A DNA stretch of 64,000 nucleotides from Styela clava (GCF_964204865.1 NC_135254.1:14632001-14696000), one strand, 5' to 3'; positions 24,101 through 34,681 are shown, counted from the first letter of the stretch. A program made the numbers and translations. Notes: generated by a model from the sequence alone, not told the origin.

Positions 24101-26463
24101 GCAGAGCCTTATTTGGAGCCAAAAGAACATAAATACGTCACAAAATCAAAAATATTTTTTCTTATGACATTTCTTACGTATGCGCTCGAAGGGATAGAGG
24201 AGGGTAAATTGGGATCAGCCATGTTTGCGTTACGTTTCAAATTAAATGTCTCTGGCTTGACTCTGGTTTCGAAACATAGTAGATTTATGACATATCAGTC
24301 GCTGATTGTCAAAAACCTTCATTAGAATTAATGTGTGAAAATCAGCTTATAAATACGAGTTTGATTTGCTCATATTAATGGAATAATCATAATCTAAATA
24401 AATATTTTCATTTCGTGCTCCCAACAACCTCTCATTAAATTACTTTCAAATTTGAGTAAATGCTTAACAGCAAAAAATACAATTCTGAGAAAATATTTTA
24501 TCTGATTCTTATTTTTTGTTTTACGTTGAATTCTAACCTCACTACTAAAGGGTTTATTTGTACAACAGTAAATATTAAAACATTGAAAACACGAAACATG
24601 AAAAATTTTATCTTGATTTTCGATGGTATTCTTTCTTTTGGTTTTGTCATATTTAAGCCGGTTTGTAAATGTCAGGCAGCATGTTTTACTTATCTATCCA
24701 TCTACAGACTACAAAGAAAAATTTGTTTTTGCTGTCATTTTTAGAGCACTAGTCTAATCACTATTGCATGTATTTTCTTATAAAAAATCGTCATTTTTTT
24801 TTTTATTAAATACAAGGATAAACTATATAAAAATCATATATATATATAAGAGGGGGGGGGGAGGGAGGTTTAAAAATTATAGTTTAATCAGAATTTGAAA
24901 TGTAAAGTATTCAAAAAAAATATTTTCAAAACTTAATAGTTTTAAAATGACTTACTTTGTATAATTTGCATTCTTGCCCAAAAAAATATATTTTCACCCT
25001 GTAATAATATTTATTATATATATTATATTTTTTGTTACAAAAGGTATCTGTTTACACAAAATAAGGATGACGTTAGTTCTACAATACTAAACTATCTGCT
25101 CCTAATATATATATATATATTAAACGAGGGTTAAGTGGCAACAAAACTTGAAATTGTAGATTTTGAGAATTCAATTGAAGAAATTGGTAATGTTTTGTTG
25201 AAAAATTTCTCTTCTAAATAGGAACAAAAATCACTTTCGTTCAAATTCACTAAATAAAATTTACATTACTGATTGTCACAAATTATTTCAAAATTAAAAC
25301 AAAATTTGGTTTTGAAATTTAAACTTAGCCGCATTTAAAGGATTTTGTAAGGTAGATTTGTCAATATTATTAAAAGAAAGGAACAACTTTTATCAAAAAT
25401 TTTGTGGAAAATTCCACCCAGGAAGTGTTTAATTAAATTACAAAATATCTGCATTTTCTCCGTTTCATATGTATTCATCCTCCATAGTCATCCATACATT
25501 TTAATCATCTTGTTTTTTTTGTAATGTTCCAATGTACCACACATTTAATTTTTCAAACTTTGAATTTCCAATTCAAGCAAGTTAAAAATTTTATTTGAAT
25601 CAAAAATATTCAATTTATATATTTAGACATGTCCAAGATGCAAGTTTAAACCACGAGAACCTTGTGTCTGTCTTATGTGCGGCCAGTTCGTTTGTTACAA
25701 AGGAATGTGTCAACATCCACGAGACTTGTACAATGACAAGGATAAAACTAGGATTCGTATTACACCACAAGGTGCAGCGGTCCATGCTCGACACTGTGGT
25801 AATGGAACGGTTATTTTGCTTCATATTCACAACACTACCGTCATTGTTGTGAGAGGATCAAGATCTTGTGTTTGGGGTGAGTGTATCAAGTTGATCAACC
25901 ATTTGTTCTTAATATGCTATCTCTACTTAACTATTTAAGTATTTTTAGTTGTACTTTTGGCAATATTGTTGCTTTTATATTAGTTTTTCCCAAATGGTGA
26001 ATTTGGACTACTTGATGGTGGAGAAAGTTGTAATCGAACAGAGGCTATGTGAACCACCCTACAGCGTCGAATAGTCCAGCAATCCTCTCGCACTTAATAA
26101 TTTCCCCTACTGGATTCGAACCCGTGAACCTACGCAGGGTGCGGTGGCGAGCTTATTCCTAACACGTGACAAGATGCGCCACATCCCCAAGCCTGATATA
26201 CCGTAGTCTGAAATCGAGTCAGACTGCACTCTTTCAGGCCCAAATTGGTACATCGTTGTTGTTCCATGCAGTCAGTATCACTTATTTCCTTGTTCACAGG
26301 AACATTGTACTTGGACCATCATGGTGAAGAAGATCGTGGATGGAAGAGAGGAAGACGTCTCGTTATCAAACCACAAAGATTGAAATTAATCAATTATCAA
26401 TGGTTGAATCACATCTTTGATAATGCATGTCGGGGATGGACCAGACATAGAAATCAAATGTAA
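180..26463 (+). CDS. UBR3: E3 ubiquitin-protein ligase UBR3 (N-recognin family), C-terminal ~1090 aa; 5' part lies upstream of the window
   Basis: 21 GT-AG exons with consistent phases: 180-286, 1330-1417, 2273-2397, 2714-2801, 3489-3656, 3900-3961, 4246-4428, 4979-5138, 5876-6094, 6639-6797, 7865-8141, 8736-8962, 13885-14019, 14694-14860, 17531-17655, 18135-18315, 19091-19244, 20124-20227, 21576-21707, 25627-25876, 26300-26463(TAA). Translation gives UBR3-type blocks: ESIITMLIKLH, QQRLLKEFASKQKKF, RING-H2 (YDCVICG...STCGHHLHVSC...CPFCRQ), Cys-rich C-terminus and LYLDHHGEEDRGWKRG...W, collinear with vertebrate UBR3 as recalled. Confidence 0.93.
467..1206. mobile_element. Possible degenerate Tc1/pogo-like non-autonomous element containing the 65-bp triplication
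   Basis: Right end gttcgactaccgaggtattgctg|TA; weak inverted match gtgcattactcggtagggaa at ~467; internal direct copy gttcgactaccaagg at 642. Confidence 0.3.
870..1064. repeat. Perfect tandem triplication of a 65-bp unit in a UBR3 intron
   Basis: Unit ggccttcgtgtctg...gaggcagccga starts at 870, 935 and 1000; copies identical. Confidence 0.95.
1776..2077 (+). mobile_element. tRNA-derived SINE, family 1, near full length
   Basis: Degenerate A/B-box head, body shared with 21920-22046 (+) and 26004-26187 (-), (atcct)n tail. Confidence 0.75.
6400..6476 (-). mobile_element. hAT MITE fragment, inverted copy of the left end of the 9476-10144 element
   Basis: gtggcccagatagatgtctgaagttgattatatggccc...ccgacaaaaaatgctgcacaccc is the approximate reverse complement of ~9478-9542. 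Confidence 0.7.
6869..7155 (+). mobile_element. Helentron-associated non-autonomous element (DINE-1/HINE-like), family B
   Basis: 5' subTIR acttatcgatc with adjacent inverted copy (hairpin), (TGTC)n microsatellite, 3' subTIR gatcgataagt, short 3' stem-loop, T-rich end, no TSD; second copy at 9733-10052. Confidence 0.8.
8197..8484 (-). mobile_element. Tc1/mariner internally deleted element
   Basis: Imperfect TIRs (aagggtgatcgacagaaaa / ttttctagcgaccacctt) flanked by TA; minus strand encodes RHCSEVHGQHFEHL*, typical of a Tc1/mariner transposase C-terminus; second copy ~29040-29293. Confidence 0.7.
9021..9239 (+). mobile_element. Merlin-like MITE, copy 1
   Basis: ~24-bp TIRs; whole element is an inverted copy of 22862-23081; TSD not preserved. 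Confidence 0.75.
9476..10144. mobile_element. hAT (Charlie-like) MITE carrying a nested HINE
   Basis: Right TIR gttgcacacccctg, degenerate left end aagggttgtgta, 8-bp flanks gcttagcg/gcttagta (6/8), GGCCC subterminal motifs. Confidence 0.65.
9733..10052 (+). mobile_element. HINE-like element family B, nested in a hAT MITE
   Basis: End-to-end similarity with 6869-7155, with an expanded (TGTC)n tract. Confidence 0.8.
10520..10920. repeat. Degenerate AT-rich minisatellite
   Basis: Recurrent aaatgtatgtgatttgaga-like units; aatgtatgtgatgtgaaaacagaatatgaa occurs twice. Confidence 0.7.
11256..11332. mobile_element. Tiny Tc1-like MITE
   Basis: TA|ctgggtgcccgaaaataaaagaaacc ... ggcttcatttattttgggacactcta|TA. 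Confidence 0.6.
11541..13627. repeat. Four dispersed perfect copies of the palindrome AGGGCCTTCCGGAAGGCCCT
   Basis: Copies at 11541-11560, 12878-12897, 13239-13258 and 13608-13627. Confidence 0.95.
15139..15466. mobile_element. Degenerate hAT MITE of the ggagtc/gactcc subterminal-repeat type; related ends at ~7225-7558 and ~10170-10307
   Basis: Left caggattgtgtagttggagt, right ctccacaccctg; related right ends ctctacagccctg (7558) and gactccacagccctg (10307). Confidence 0.55.
17733..17929. mobile_element. hAT-like MITE
   Basis: Termini cagtgttg / taacactg, flanks atatacac/atatatgc (6/8), internal gagtc repeats. Confidence 0.55.
18598..19030 (+). mobile_element. tRNA-derived SINE family 2, interrupted by the MITE; related copy at ~23945-24055
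   Basis: A box tggcgcagcgg, B-box-like ggattcgattc, shared cacc...tataa.aaat.gggt segment, A-rich tail. Confidence 0.6.
18625..18897. mobile_element. Charlie-like hAT MITE inserted into a SINE head
   Basis: TIR cagtggttcccaa / ttgagaaccactg; TSD ctttagac / cttttagac; partial copy of the right end at ~3380-3409. Confidence 0.85.
21099..21528 (-). mobile_element. hAT (Buster/Charlie) deletion derivative with a transposase C-terminal remnant
   Basis: Terminus caggggtgcgcaac; minus strand encodes ALFGPTYLCEQFLSNMGVIKSPY* and ASTSIEANLEKVV, matching the FGSTYxCE hATC motif of Buster/GTF2IRD2-type transposases. Confidence 0.8.
21920..22046 (+). mobile_element. SINE family 1, 3' fragment
   Basis: ccatactcgacatggaatggtaaccggacgagaggccgtggttcgccatatgattaag aligns with ~1967-2024. 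Confidence 0.75.
22072..22431. repeat. 49-bp minisatellite, ~7 units
   Basis: gaaaaccgtatatcacacaagtctctccctatgtgcttgttattatcgt at 22072, 22121, 22170, 22219, a truncated unit at 22268, then 22286, 22335, 22380. Confidence 0.95.
22862..23081 (-). mobile_element. Merlin-like MITE, copy 2
   Basis: GG...CC termini, TIR ggcgctccagaagtgtgtgtacca / tggtacacacactacaggagtacc, perfect 8-bp TSD aattaaat (22854-22861, 23082-23089). Confidence 0.85.
26004..26187 (-). mobile_element. SINE family 1, 5' half
   Basis: Reverse complement reads gggatgTGGCGCATC...GGTTCGAATCC (Pol III A and B boxes), then gagaggattgctgga...tagggtggttca as in 1776-1955. Confidence 0.8.
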
Positions 26464-27381
26464 ATAAACAACGAAGTTAAAGATTATATGATTGAATATT
26501 AATTCTTCGCCGTTTTGTCAGTGATTGCCCATGTTTTAATTAAATTTTAAAAGTATATCGATTTTTAGATGTGCATTGTCAATATTTTTTTTGCTAATTT
26601 TTTCGTGTGAATTTAGATATATGCTTCAGTCTTAATTTCTATCACTATCTCACTATAATACAAGTTGTTATCTTCTCTAAAAATTCAAATTTCAATGCTC
26701 ACTTTCAATTAGTGAATTTTGCAGTTCAATGAAACATTATTAGCAGTAAATGCAGCCAGTGTTTCAAAATTTCTCTCAAACCTAGTCTCTACACAGGCAA
26801 TTATTGTGACATAAGAAGCTAATATGTTTTTGAGTGGACGTAAATTTTCCTATCTTACATAGCCCCGTGATTATCAGAAATGGTATTGGACTCTGGTGTT
26901 TACCTATGATGCCCAAATAGGTCTGACATATATCCAATGGGCTCCCACATAGCATTCTAAAAATCAGCGTTTTATGCTAATTTTGAACCATATTGCATTG
27001 ACAGCCTTTTAGCGTAGTGCAAGAAAATATGTTTCAAAATACGAATCAAAATTATCGTAATTCGTGTTTGATTGATTTTTTTCTTTACTGGTTGAAAAAA
27101 TAAACTTGACTTGATGATATTTCTTGACGTATTTAGCCTATTTTCTTAATTCCTCTTATAAAATTCATTTATTCATCTTCGATGTTCCATTTTTAATAAT
27201 GGAATAAAAAGTCAGAATTTAACCAGGTTCTATTTGGGATCGGTGGCTGTTGTGTTTCTGTGTGATCCGCCATTTTTAATTTGTGTCAAGTTTCAGTATA
27301 ATTCATAATTGCTTTTGCTCTGTATATTGAGTGCTTCATCAACAATGTGCCTATCTATATTCAATGCGTAGTTGCATAGCA

Positions 27382-27387
27382 AATAAA
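27382..27387 (+). terminator. Probable polyadenylation signal of UBR3
   Basis: AATAAA followed ~15-35 nt later by a GT/T-rich tract (agtgttgtggttttttggttt); other AATAAA hexamers (e.g. 26463, 27203) also exist. Confidence 0.4.
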
Positions 27388-28720
27388 ATATTGTGAAAAA
27401 AGTGTTGTGGTTTTTTGGTTTAGTGTCTCTTGCAATTTGACACTACCGCCGAGGTCTGTGGTGCCTTAGTCTTGAATATCATTTCAGACTCGGTGGTGTC
27501 AGGAGTCCAAATTCTGACTCTTTCGGAATCGAGACGTCCAATCGCAATGAAAAAGTGTAAATGAGAATGGTCGTTTGCAAATCAAGAATATTTTTTTTCT
27601 GTGAACTGATTTTTTTATACCCCAGAATGAGAAATTTTATGAATGATTTAAGGGCTGTGTTTAGCTAGCACACAACAATGTTCGTTAAGAATAATTGCCC
27701 GCGACCGCCTTATCTCGAAACGACAATATTGCAAAAGGCGCCGAATAAGGCCAGAAGCAGCCACCGGTATTTTCCGATATGTGAGGAGCTATTGTTTTTG
27801 GAAGGACCGGTTCAGTATTCCCCACCCAATTCATTACACTCTGAGTAAGATGTGTAAACTGCGATGCCAACACCGGTAACGCTTCAACCGGTTGACCATC
27901 CCGCTAAATTAGCATATATATATATGCAAAGTTTTATTTTTCAAATCGTTCGTTACGAAAAAATTGGAAGGAGATAAGCCCTGGAATATTTACCAGGTCA
28001 TAACTAATCACAATGCGTCATTTCAGTGTTGATATATTTTTATAACAATAAACAGCCGGCGTGAGAAGATCTGATTAAAATTCTCTTGCAGCTTAAAACA
28101 AGTAAAATTATTGGTATTTCCTTTTCATTCAAGTTTGTACTATTGGTGGCGTCAGTTTATGTTATATCTATAATATTCAACTATATTTTCTGTTTTTTTT
28201 TCTTTATTTTAGCGATGTTGGGAAGCTGTCGGATTTGTCATCTGATAAACAGCCGCGAAAAAATGGGCGCGGTCCGCATGGGTTAAATTCCAATTTAGTC
28301 TGCGTATGTATATACATATACTTATTCTCAGAGATAGCTGCAGCACTGGAAACACACATTTCTACTATTCAAAAGACTGCCGACGAAATATCCAATCAGA
28401 CATTAATTTTTTTCTGGCTTGAAATAATCTGATATTTTGACAATTTATTTAGGAAAATTAGTATGTTTTTCATGATGATATATTTGTAAAATTTGTAAAT
28501 ACTGTTTTTTTTTATTGTCACAAATACTGATACGTAGCCGAAATTTGTCGCGAATATTTTCTTTAAAAGTACATCATGTGATTTTATTCACAACCTCATT
28601 ATACCCTAATATTTAATACTTCAAAAATATTTTAAAATTCTTTTTAGATTTTTGAATTACGTGGTGTTTATCCCATTTTTTTAAACCTGACCCACTAGAC
28701 TAGATCATCTTCAAAATTTC

Positions 28721-28723
<3 letters not shown>

Positions 28724-28763
<40 letters not shown>
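28724..28763. repeat. (TA)n microsatellite
   Basis: About 20 TA units. Confidence 0.95.
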
Positions 28764-28767
<4 letters not shown>

Positions 28768-29039
28768 ATTATATAGTCTAATTCACTTACACTGTAATTT
28801 TACGACGTACAGTGACGCGATTTTTCCTTTTTTTTCGGGCCTAAGCTCTAATCTCGTAACATTTCCCGGCTATATTGATATGACAGTCATTTCCATGCTT
28901 CAATCAAGATCTTCAACCTGTATCAAGTTAGAACTTTTAATGGCGATTCAGATACTTGATCGTGATAAAAAGGCTTGTATTACTTATCACAGCAAATTAT
29001 ATAACCTATTGCAAACTAGTAATCGGTGGTAAGTGGTAT

Positions 29040-29293
29040 TTAAAATTAAGGCGTAAAGTGAATAGCAGATATTACATAATTTTTCAAAGGCATGTGTTAT
29101 ATTACACTCATAGATGCTAAAAATGTCGTCCGTGCACTTCAGAACAGTGTCTTAACCTAAAAGTCCAAGCTCGTGTAGTTCTATGAAGATTAACTCGTTG
29201 GATATTGTTCCAATTCAAACTATACATAAACGTATTTTATTCGTTATGTCATCTGACTTTCAAAGTTTTTGCTTTTCTAGCCACCACCATGTA
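29040..29293 (-). mobile_element. Second copy of the Tc1/mariner deletion derivative
   Basis: Shares caaaggcat.tgttatattacactcatagatgct.aaaatgt.gtcc.tgcacttcaga.cagtgtctta and the right end ttttctagccaccacc with 8197-8484. Confidence 0.65.
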
Positions 29294-29790
29294 TAATACA
29301 ATTTTAGCTTATATTAAAAGGTTTACCTAACGGATTTTTAATAAAAATTACCCCATTTGTGAAATAATTTTTTGAATTTTAACAATCTTATAAGAAATTC
29401 ATATTTATTTCAATATTTATAATAGCCATAACAAAACCACTAAAAATTGATTGACAACGACACTAATTTTCATTCCTTATTGTCAACTCTCTGTATAAGA
29501 TAACTATATTTTGTTCCGAAACCTTCCAATAAATTCGTCACATTTAACTGGGTCATTTCAAAAATTAGTTCTTTGTTTCAAAATGTGTTATCAAAACATA
29601 TTATGGCTCGAAGCTGTCAGATTATTTCAATATCGTCATAAATTCAGACAATAGCGATGTTGTTACTTTTGGCGACCGAAACTGTTCGGAATAGTTTGCA
29701 GATGACGGAATGCAACGCTTATTATCTTATGACATACATAGTTCTGAGGATTTTTTTGAAGTGTACAACAAAGTTGTAGCCATCCGTCAT

Positions 29791-29939
29791 GCCCGGTATC
29801 TTACGATCCCGATACGTTGAAAATTTAGGTTTCAGTTACATTTCTTATCAGTTAGTTACCCGGTTAGTTAGCCCGGTATCTTACGATCCCGATACGTTGA
29901 AAATTTAGGTTTCAGTTACATTTCTAATCAGTTAGTTAC
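29791..29939. repeat. 69-bp direct duplication, period 80
   Basis: gcccggtatcttacgatcccg...cagttagttac at 29791 and 29871, one mismatch. Confidence 0.9.
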
Positions 29940-31614
29940 AATCAATGATTACTAGTAATCATCGCAACCAGCTGTTATTTCTGTCTCACATCTTGAAATC
30001 TCACCACGACGCAGGGTATGACATAATCGTCTTCTTTCTCATGTCATCAGCTACACTATTCCGATGCTTGTTGGACACGAAATCGACCTATGGATCGTTT
30101 CATCATTTTGTATTCTTATTGTTACAAAAAAAGTTGTTTTTCATTAACTGCTGGACCAATTTTTATGAAATTACCAGTGGTTAAAAGTTGCTGTTGTTGC
30201 TAGAACTTTTGCTTATTCCAAAAATTTCTGTGGGATCTATGGAGTTTGTTTTTCACTTTAAAATTTTTGTGTGCTGACGTTATTAAAATTCGCACCGTGT
30301 CGTTTCATAATCTCGTGGTCAGACTAACGGTACTGTAAAAGATTTGATGATACTTTGTTTTGGCCTCAGTGTGTATATTTCAGCATTGCTCTCTTGTTTT
30401 ATGAAGTTTAATCTTGGAAAATCCAAGCGCAACTCCACATTATCATGCAATAGCGCTAAATTGTATATAAAAAATGACAAGTTAGAGGGGTTAGTGGAGA
30501 ATGCAAAATAAGGCTAAAATAATTCATTCCTAACCCTACGGCGCAACTGTAGGAGGGCAATTCTTCGAGGGCAATTAAATTTCATTCACATTTTATTATT
30601 ACATCATCATTTACATCAACAGCCCAACTGTCGAACTGACTAAGCAGGAGATAAAAACGAAGCGTTATTGACGGGTGATCATTTTGCCAAATTGTTGTTG
30701 CTAGTCATGTTTTTGTTGTGCTTAACTGTTGCTGCTGTGATCAATTCAATTTCAAACTTTATTCAGTGCTTTTTATCCTTTCATTACTAGGAGTCCATGC
30801 GGGGCCCGATATTTTGCCTCAAGTTTAGCAAATATCTCCAACATCACAATCCTCTCTGTAACTTAATTTGACATAAACAAAAATGGCATTCGATACACGC
30901 CTATCAATTTTCTTTTCTTGATACTATCATCATACTGCGTCCGATTACAGAAGCTTCTTCACTTCGTTATACCCAGTGGTGGTTGGATTCCAAATTTTAA
31001 AACTGTTTCCATTTTGTATCGAACTCATTAACATCAGATTTCATCATATCAGAAAATATATAATTGTATATCACCTAACTGCGTAAGCCGGATTATCATG
31101 ACACGCTCCACACCAGGGTGGTCCAAGATTGTCCGCTTCGGGGACATTGAAAATACATTGATCCTTATTTGTCAATTATCCAACGAAAACATGCAAAATA
31201 CCAAAAAACTCACTAGAACGTGCAAAAAATCTTTCTACATATACATTTAGGATCCGAAACTCTTCACAACAGAGAAAGTGCTTCGGCAAATGTAAGTTAT
31301 CTCGAACATCTATAAGATCCTCATGGCAAAATCCATTAACTTTGGAAAATTCTCATTGCTCACCAGATTCTCGTTTTAAATTATATTCTTTTGTCATTCA
31401 TACAACTTGCCGACATATCAAGCAAGCATTGTAGTATTTTCCATCCCATATCCAGTTAAAAATCCATTTGAATTAGTCAGCTTTCTTCTCAAACTCATGT
31501 TTACAAAATAGTTATCACAAATAACTGCAGATTGATTGATTACCAAATGTGAGGTACTGACATATAGGCATCATTTTTGTAATACTGTTTCGGCTGATTA
31601 ATCTTAGGCTCTAA

Positions 31615-33454
31615 CAGAGGTGGCCAACACGTCGATCGCGATCGACCGGTCGATCGCCATATCTCGAGCAGTCGATCGCGTCTGATGTGAATTTTATTGA
31701 AATGACCCGCAAAATTGTCTCAAACCAGTTGTGTGTTTTGCAATAAGGGAAGGGGAATACAGTACAGCAAGCCCGATAAAGCATATTATTGCGTAACAAA
31801 TGCAAGTTTTTCCGCTGCCAAAGTTTAAAAATGAAGTGCCGAATATCACGTGGTAGACCAGGCTTGCCATATTGTTTTTTTTAACGTCAAATTTCACGAT
31901 TTTGGCTTTTTTGAAACACGTTTGGCGTCAGAATTTCCGTTTGGCTTTTTTATGTCCATTCTACTGTCTATTAATAAAATAATTTAAAATACAATACAGG
32001 TATTTATTGTGCAACAATAGCAAGCTTAGTTACTCAACATTTAGATTTTTCCTTAACCACAATCAATCAAAAATAAGCCAACAATGACATGCATGTGCTA
32101 TCGATTAGGTTGAACTATGAGGAAGTCTGACCTTGGTCAAACGTTACATAAATATATTTGTGTTGGTGTGCAGCAAGACTATTGAATCACTTAGATTTAG
32201 AATGACATAACAATTGCAGTTTTTGCAGCCGCTCAGATAGATGTTCAAGCAGCTTCGTTTTCTTAGTTTTGCGTGATTATCTAGGCTAAAATCATCTATC
32301 AGTAGACTATCTGTGCAAGCGGCACGTGGTTGAATAATTTTAGTAAAAATGATGCCTTCAAACATGTGAACCAGTTTATAATCGCCAACACTTCAGAACA
32401 ATCATAAAATAATTTTCAATAGTAAAATATCGGGAGAATTTTCTGAGGTATATATATATATCGCAATTTTAAGTAGAAACATGTACATTTATCCATCCTA
32501 AAGCTGTATACGTGGTGTATTTTGACTTTTTGATGTTTTCAGATTTTATATGCAGATGTCAGCTTGACTGTATCATGTCGGATATACATTCTAATTCTGC
32601 CATTTAATATTCCTTCTTAGTTGTAAACACCCTTGATCGTGCCGAAGTGAAAATCGTCATGATAGCAACCAAAACTACAAATGTTAGTATAGGATTTAGC
32701 ATTGATGTGCTGGCTCACTAAATCAACTGATTGCTCTAAATCAGCATATTTGCGAACTGTGCAAATCCACAATTGTGCTAGGAGTCCTAAATCATGAGGC
32801 TGTTGTACTTGTTGACTTTTTCTGTCTTGATTTGGCTTTTTTTCATCACTGGGATCTGGCAACCCTGGTCTAGAGTCTAGACTAGACTGACAAACGATTC
32901 TACAATAACTTCCGCAGTATGCGAAAGTTATCGTCTCACTCCAAGAGTAGTTTGATAAATTTTATTCGCAATGATAACAGTGGCATCAAAATGCCCAATT
33001 TGTTCTAATTCTAAGCAAGCGAAGAATCGCTCTTGGAAAAAATTGTAAATTATATACTGAAGTTTGAGCAGTCATGTAACATTCTTGGTTTGAGAATATT
33101 TATTTTTCGCTGTTTGGATAATACTTGGCTTAATTAAGGTTTCTTGAAGAATTTTCAGCACTTACGACTAACAATTAGGCACGGTCTCTATCTGAAATGT
33201 ATGATTTAAATAATTCCTAAATTAATAATGAAACATTTACATTTACAATTAAATATTCAAATCAACAATTTGAATGGAACATAAAAAATACAAATTGTGT
33301 GTCGATTTTGCGATTTTTTTGTATGCGTGTGCGCAGTTATCTGCACATTCAGTGCCCATTCGTTTTTGTGTAGGACCTTATTACCGATCAGTCGATCGCG
33401 ATCTTTTTTGAAGATTTTAGTCGATCGCGGTCGGAAGCAGGTTTGCCACACCTG
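31615..33454. mobile_element. Middle nested hAT non-autonomous element
   Basis: TIR cagaggtggccaac / gtttgccacacctg; flanks ggctctaa/gactataa (6/8); gtcgatcgcg subterminal repeats at both ends. Confidence 0.85.
31859..32867. mobile_element. Inner nested hAT MITE, ~1 kb
   Basis: TIR caggcttgcca / tggcaaccctg; tttggcttttt subterminal repeats at both ends; TSD degenerate (tggtagac/gtctagag). Confidence 0.7.
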
Positions 33455-34630
33455 GACTATAACATTAATATTTAGTTGTCATGCATACGCCAACCTAAGC
33501 TAATAGACTTTGCATTCGATTGGCCCGCGGGCCTTGGTTTGGACCACCCTGCCCTACACAAATCGAATACATAACGAGCAAAACGCCAAACATAACACTA
33601 ATCGTCAGCTGCGGTGCGCGCGGCCCATTTGTCGCGGCCCTGTAATGTCCAAAACAAACAAAAAACAAGAACGGGCGCGTATTTCCACACAATGAAGGTA
33701 TGTATATGTAAAGCAAACTGCAAAGAAGACAATTTCAGTTGATGTTTGATCAGAAGTTAGCAAAGAATGAGCTTGTTTTGACACTACTGTGTCCTGTACT
33801 CATATATATACTGTTATTGAATGAATTTTAATTTATTGAATACACGACTGTCTATGTACTGTTCAACATATCCAATGAATGACCTCCAGCATAATGACCT
33901 CTTGTTTGAAAATGACAAAGCACTTGTCCCCATAAAGTTGTTTGCTTTGAGTATCATTGACATTTACTTTGTACTAATTTTAACTTTCTGATATAGGGTA
34001 CAACGATTTTCATTGGTTTCTGCAATATACCACAGGTATGTACTGCCTGAAAATCTATAACACCAGTGCAGTAATTCCATTAATAAGTCGTTATTCGAGT
34101 GTTGTAATTCCAGGTGTACTCAGAAAGCTGATTCAAATGTGTGGATTGGATAGTGACATAGTTTATTTGGGGAATTATGATTTGACATGTCAAATTGAAA
34201 TATGTAGCATTTAGTGAATAAAGCTCTCATCGATTGCGCTGAACGGAACGCATATTCAACATGTCATGTTTTTAGGATGTCAAAACTTAATTATTCAAAT
34301 TCAATCAATGTCTTTATATCCTTTCAAGATCTCAGAACGGTACGGGAGAAAAAAAAAATCAATTATTTTTATTATGAAACCAGATCAAACTGTCAGGGTA
34401 TGATAAAAAAGAGGTCAATCAACAATGCATAATTTCTTGACGGATGAAGAAAGCTCGTATAATCTGTAAAAGCAACTTTTGTAAAAAATGTTTTAGACAG
34501 CTGAGTGATCTGAAACAAGCCTAAATACATATTCTACTGTGATTATGTGTTATGCAATTGCAGATTTGTAACCATTCTGTTTTCTTTATCTTACCGGAAT
34601 TTGGTTGGATTCTTCATCACTTTTGGTGAA

Positions 34631-34662
34631 TATAAAAAACATACTCAGTGTGAAAAACAGTT
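34631..34662 (+). promoter_or_regulatory. Putative TATA box and initiator of the AKR gene
   Basis: TATAAAAA at 34631, CAGTT ~28 nt downstream, ATG at 34682. Confidence 0.5.
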
Positions 34663-34681
34663 GTAACAGGAAACAAGAAAA

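Larger units (their letters stand above)
31114..33551 (-). mobile_element. Outer hAT (Buster/Charlie) element with an internally deleted transposase
   Basis: Perfect 13-bp TIR cagggtggtccaa; flanks ctccacac/ccctacac (6/8); minus strand from ATG 31498 gives MSLRRK..., ACLICRQVV*MTKEYNLKR (BED-type finger) joined to NFPKLMDFAMRIL*MFEITYICRSTFS (hATC). Confidence 0.85.

Noticed and set aside
26100-26187. tRNA gene
   Set aside because: A and B boxes are present but there is no cloverleaf, and the sequence continues into a SINE body shared with other copies.
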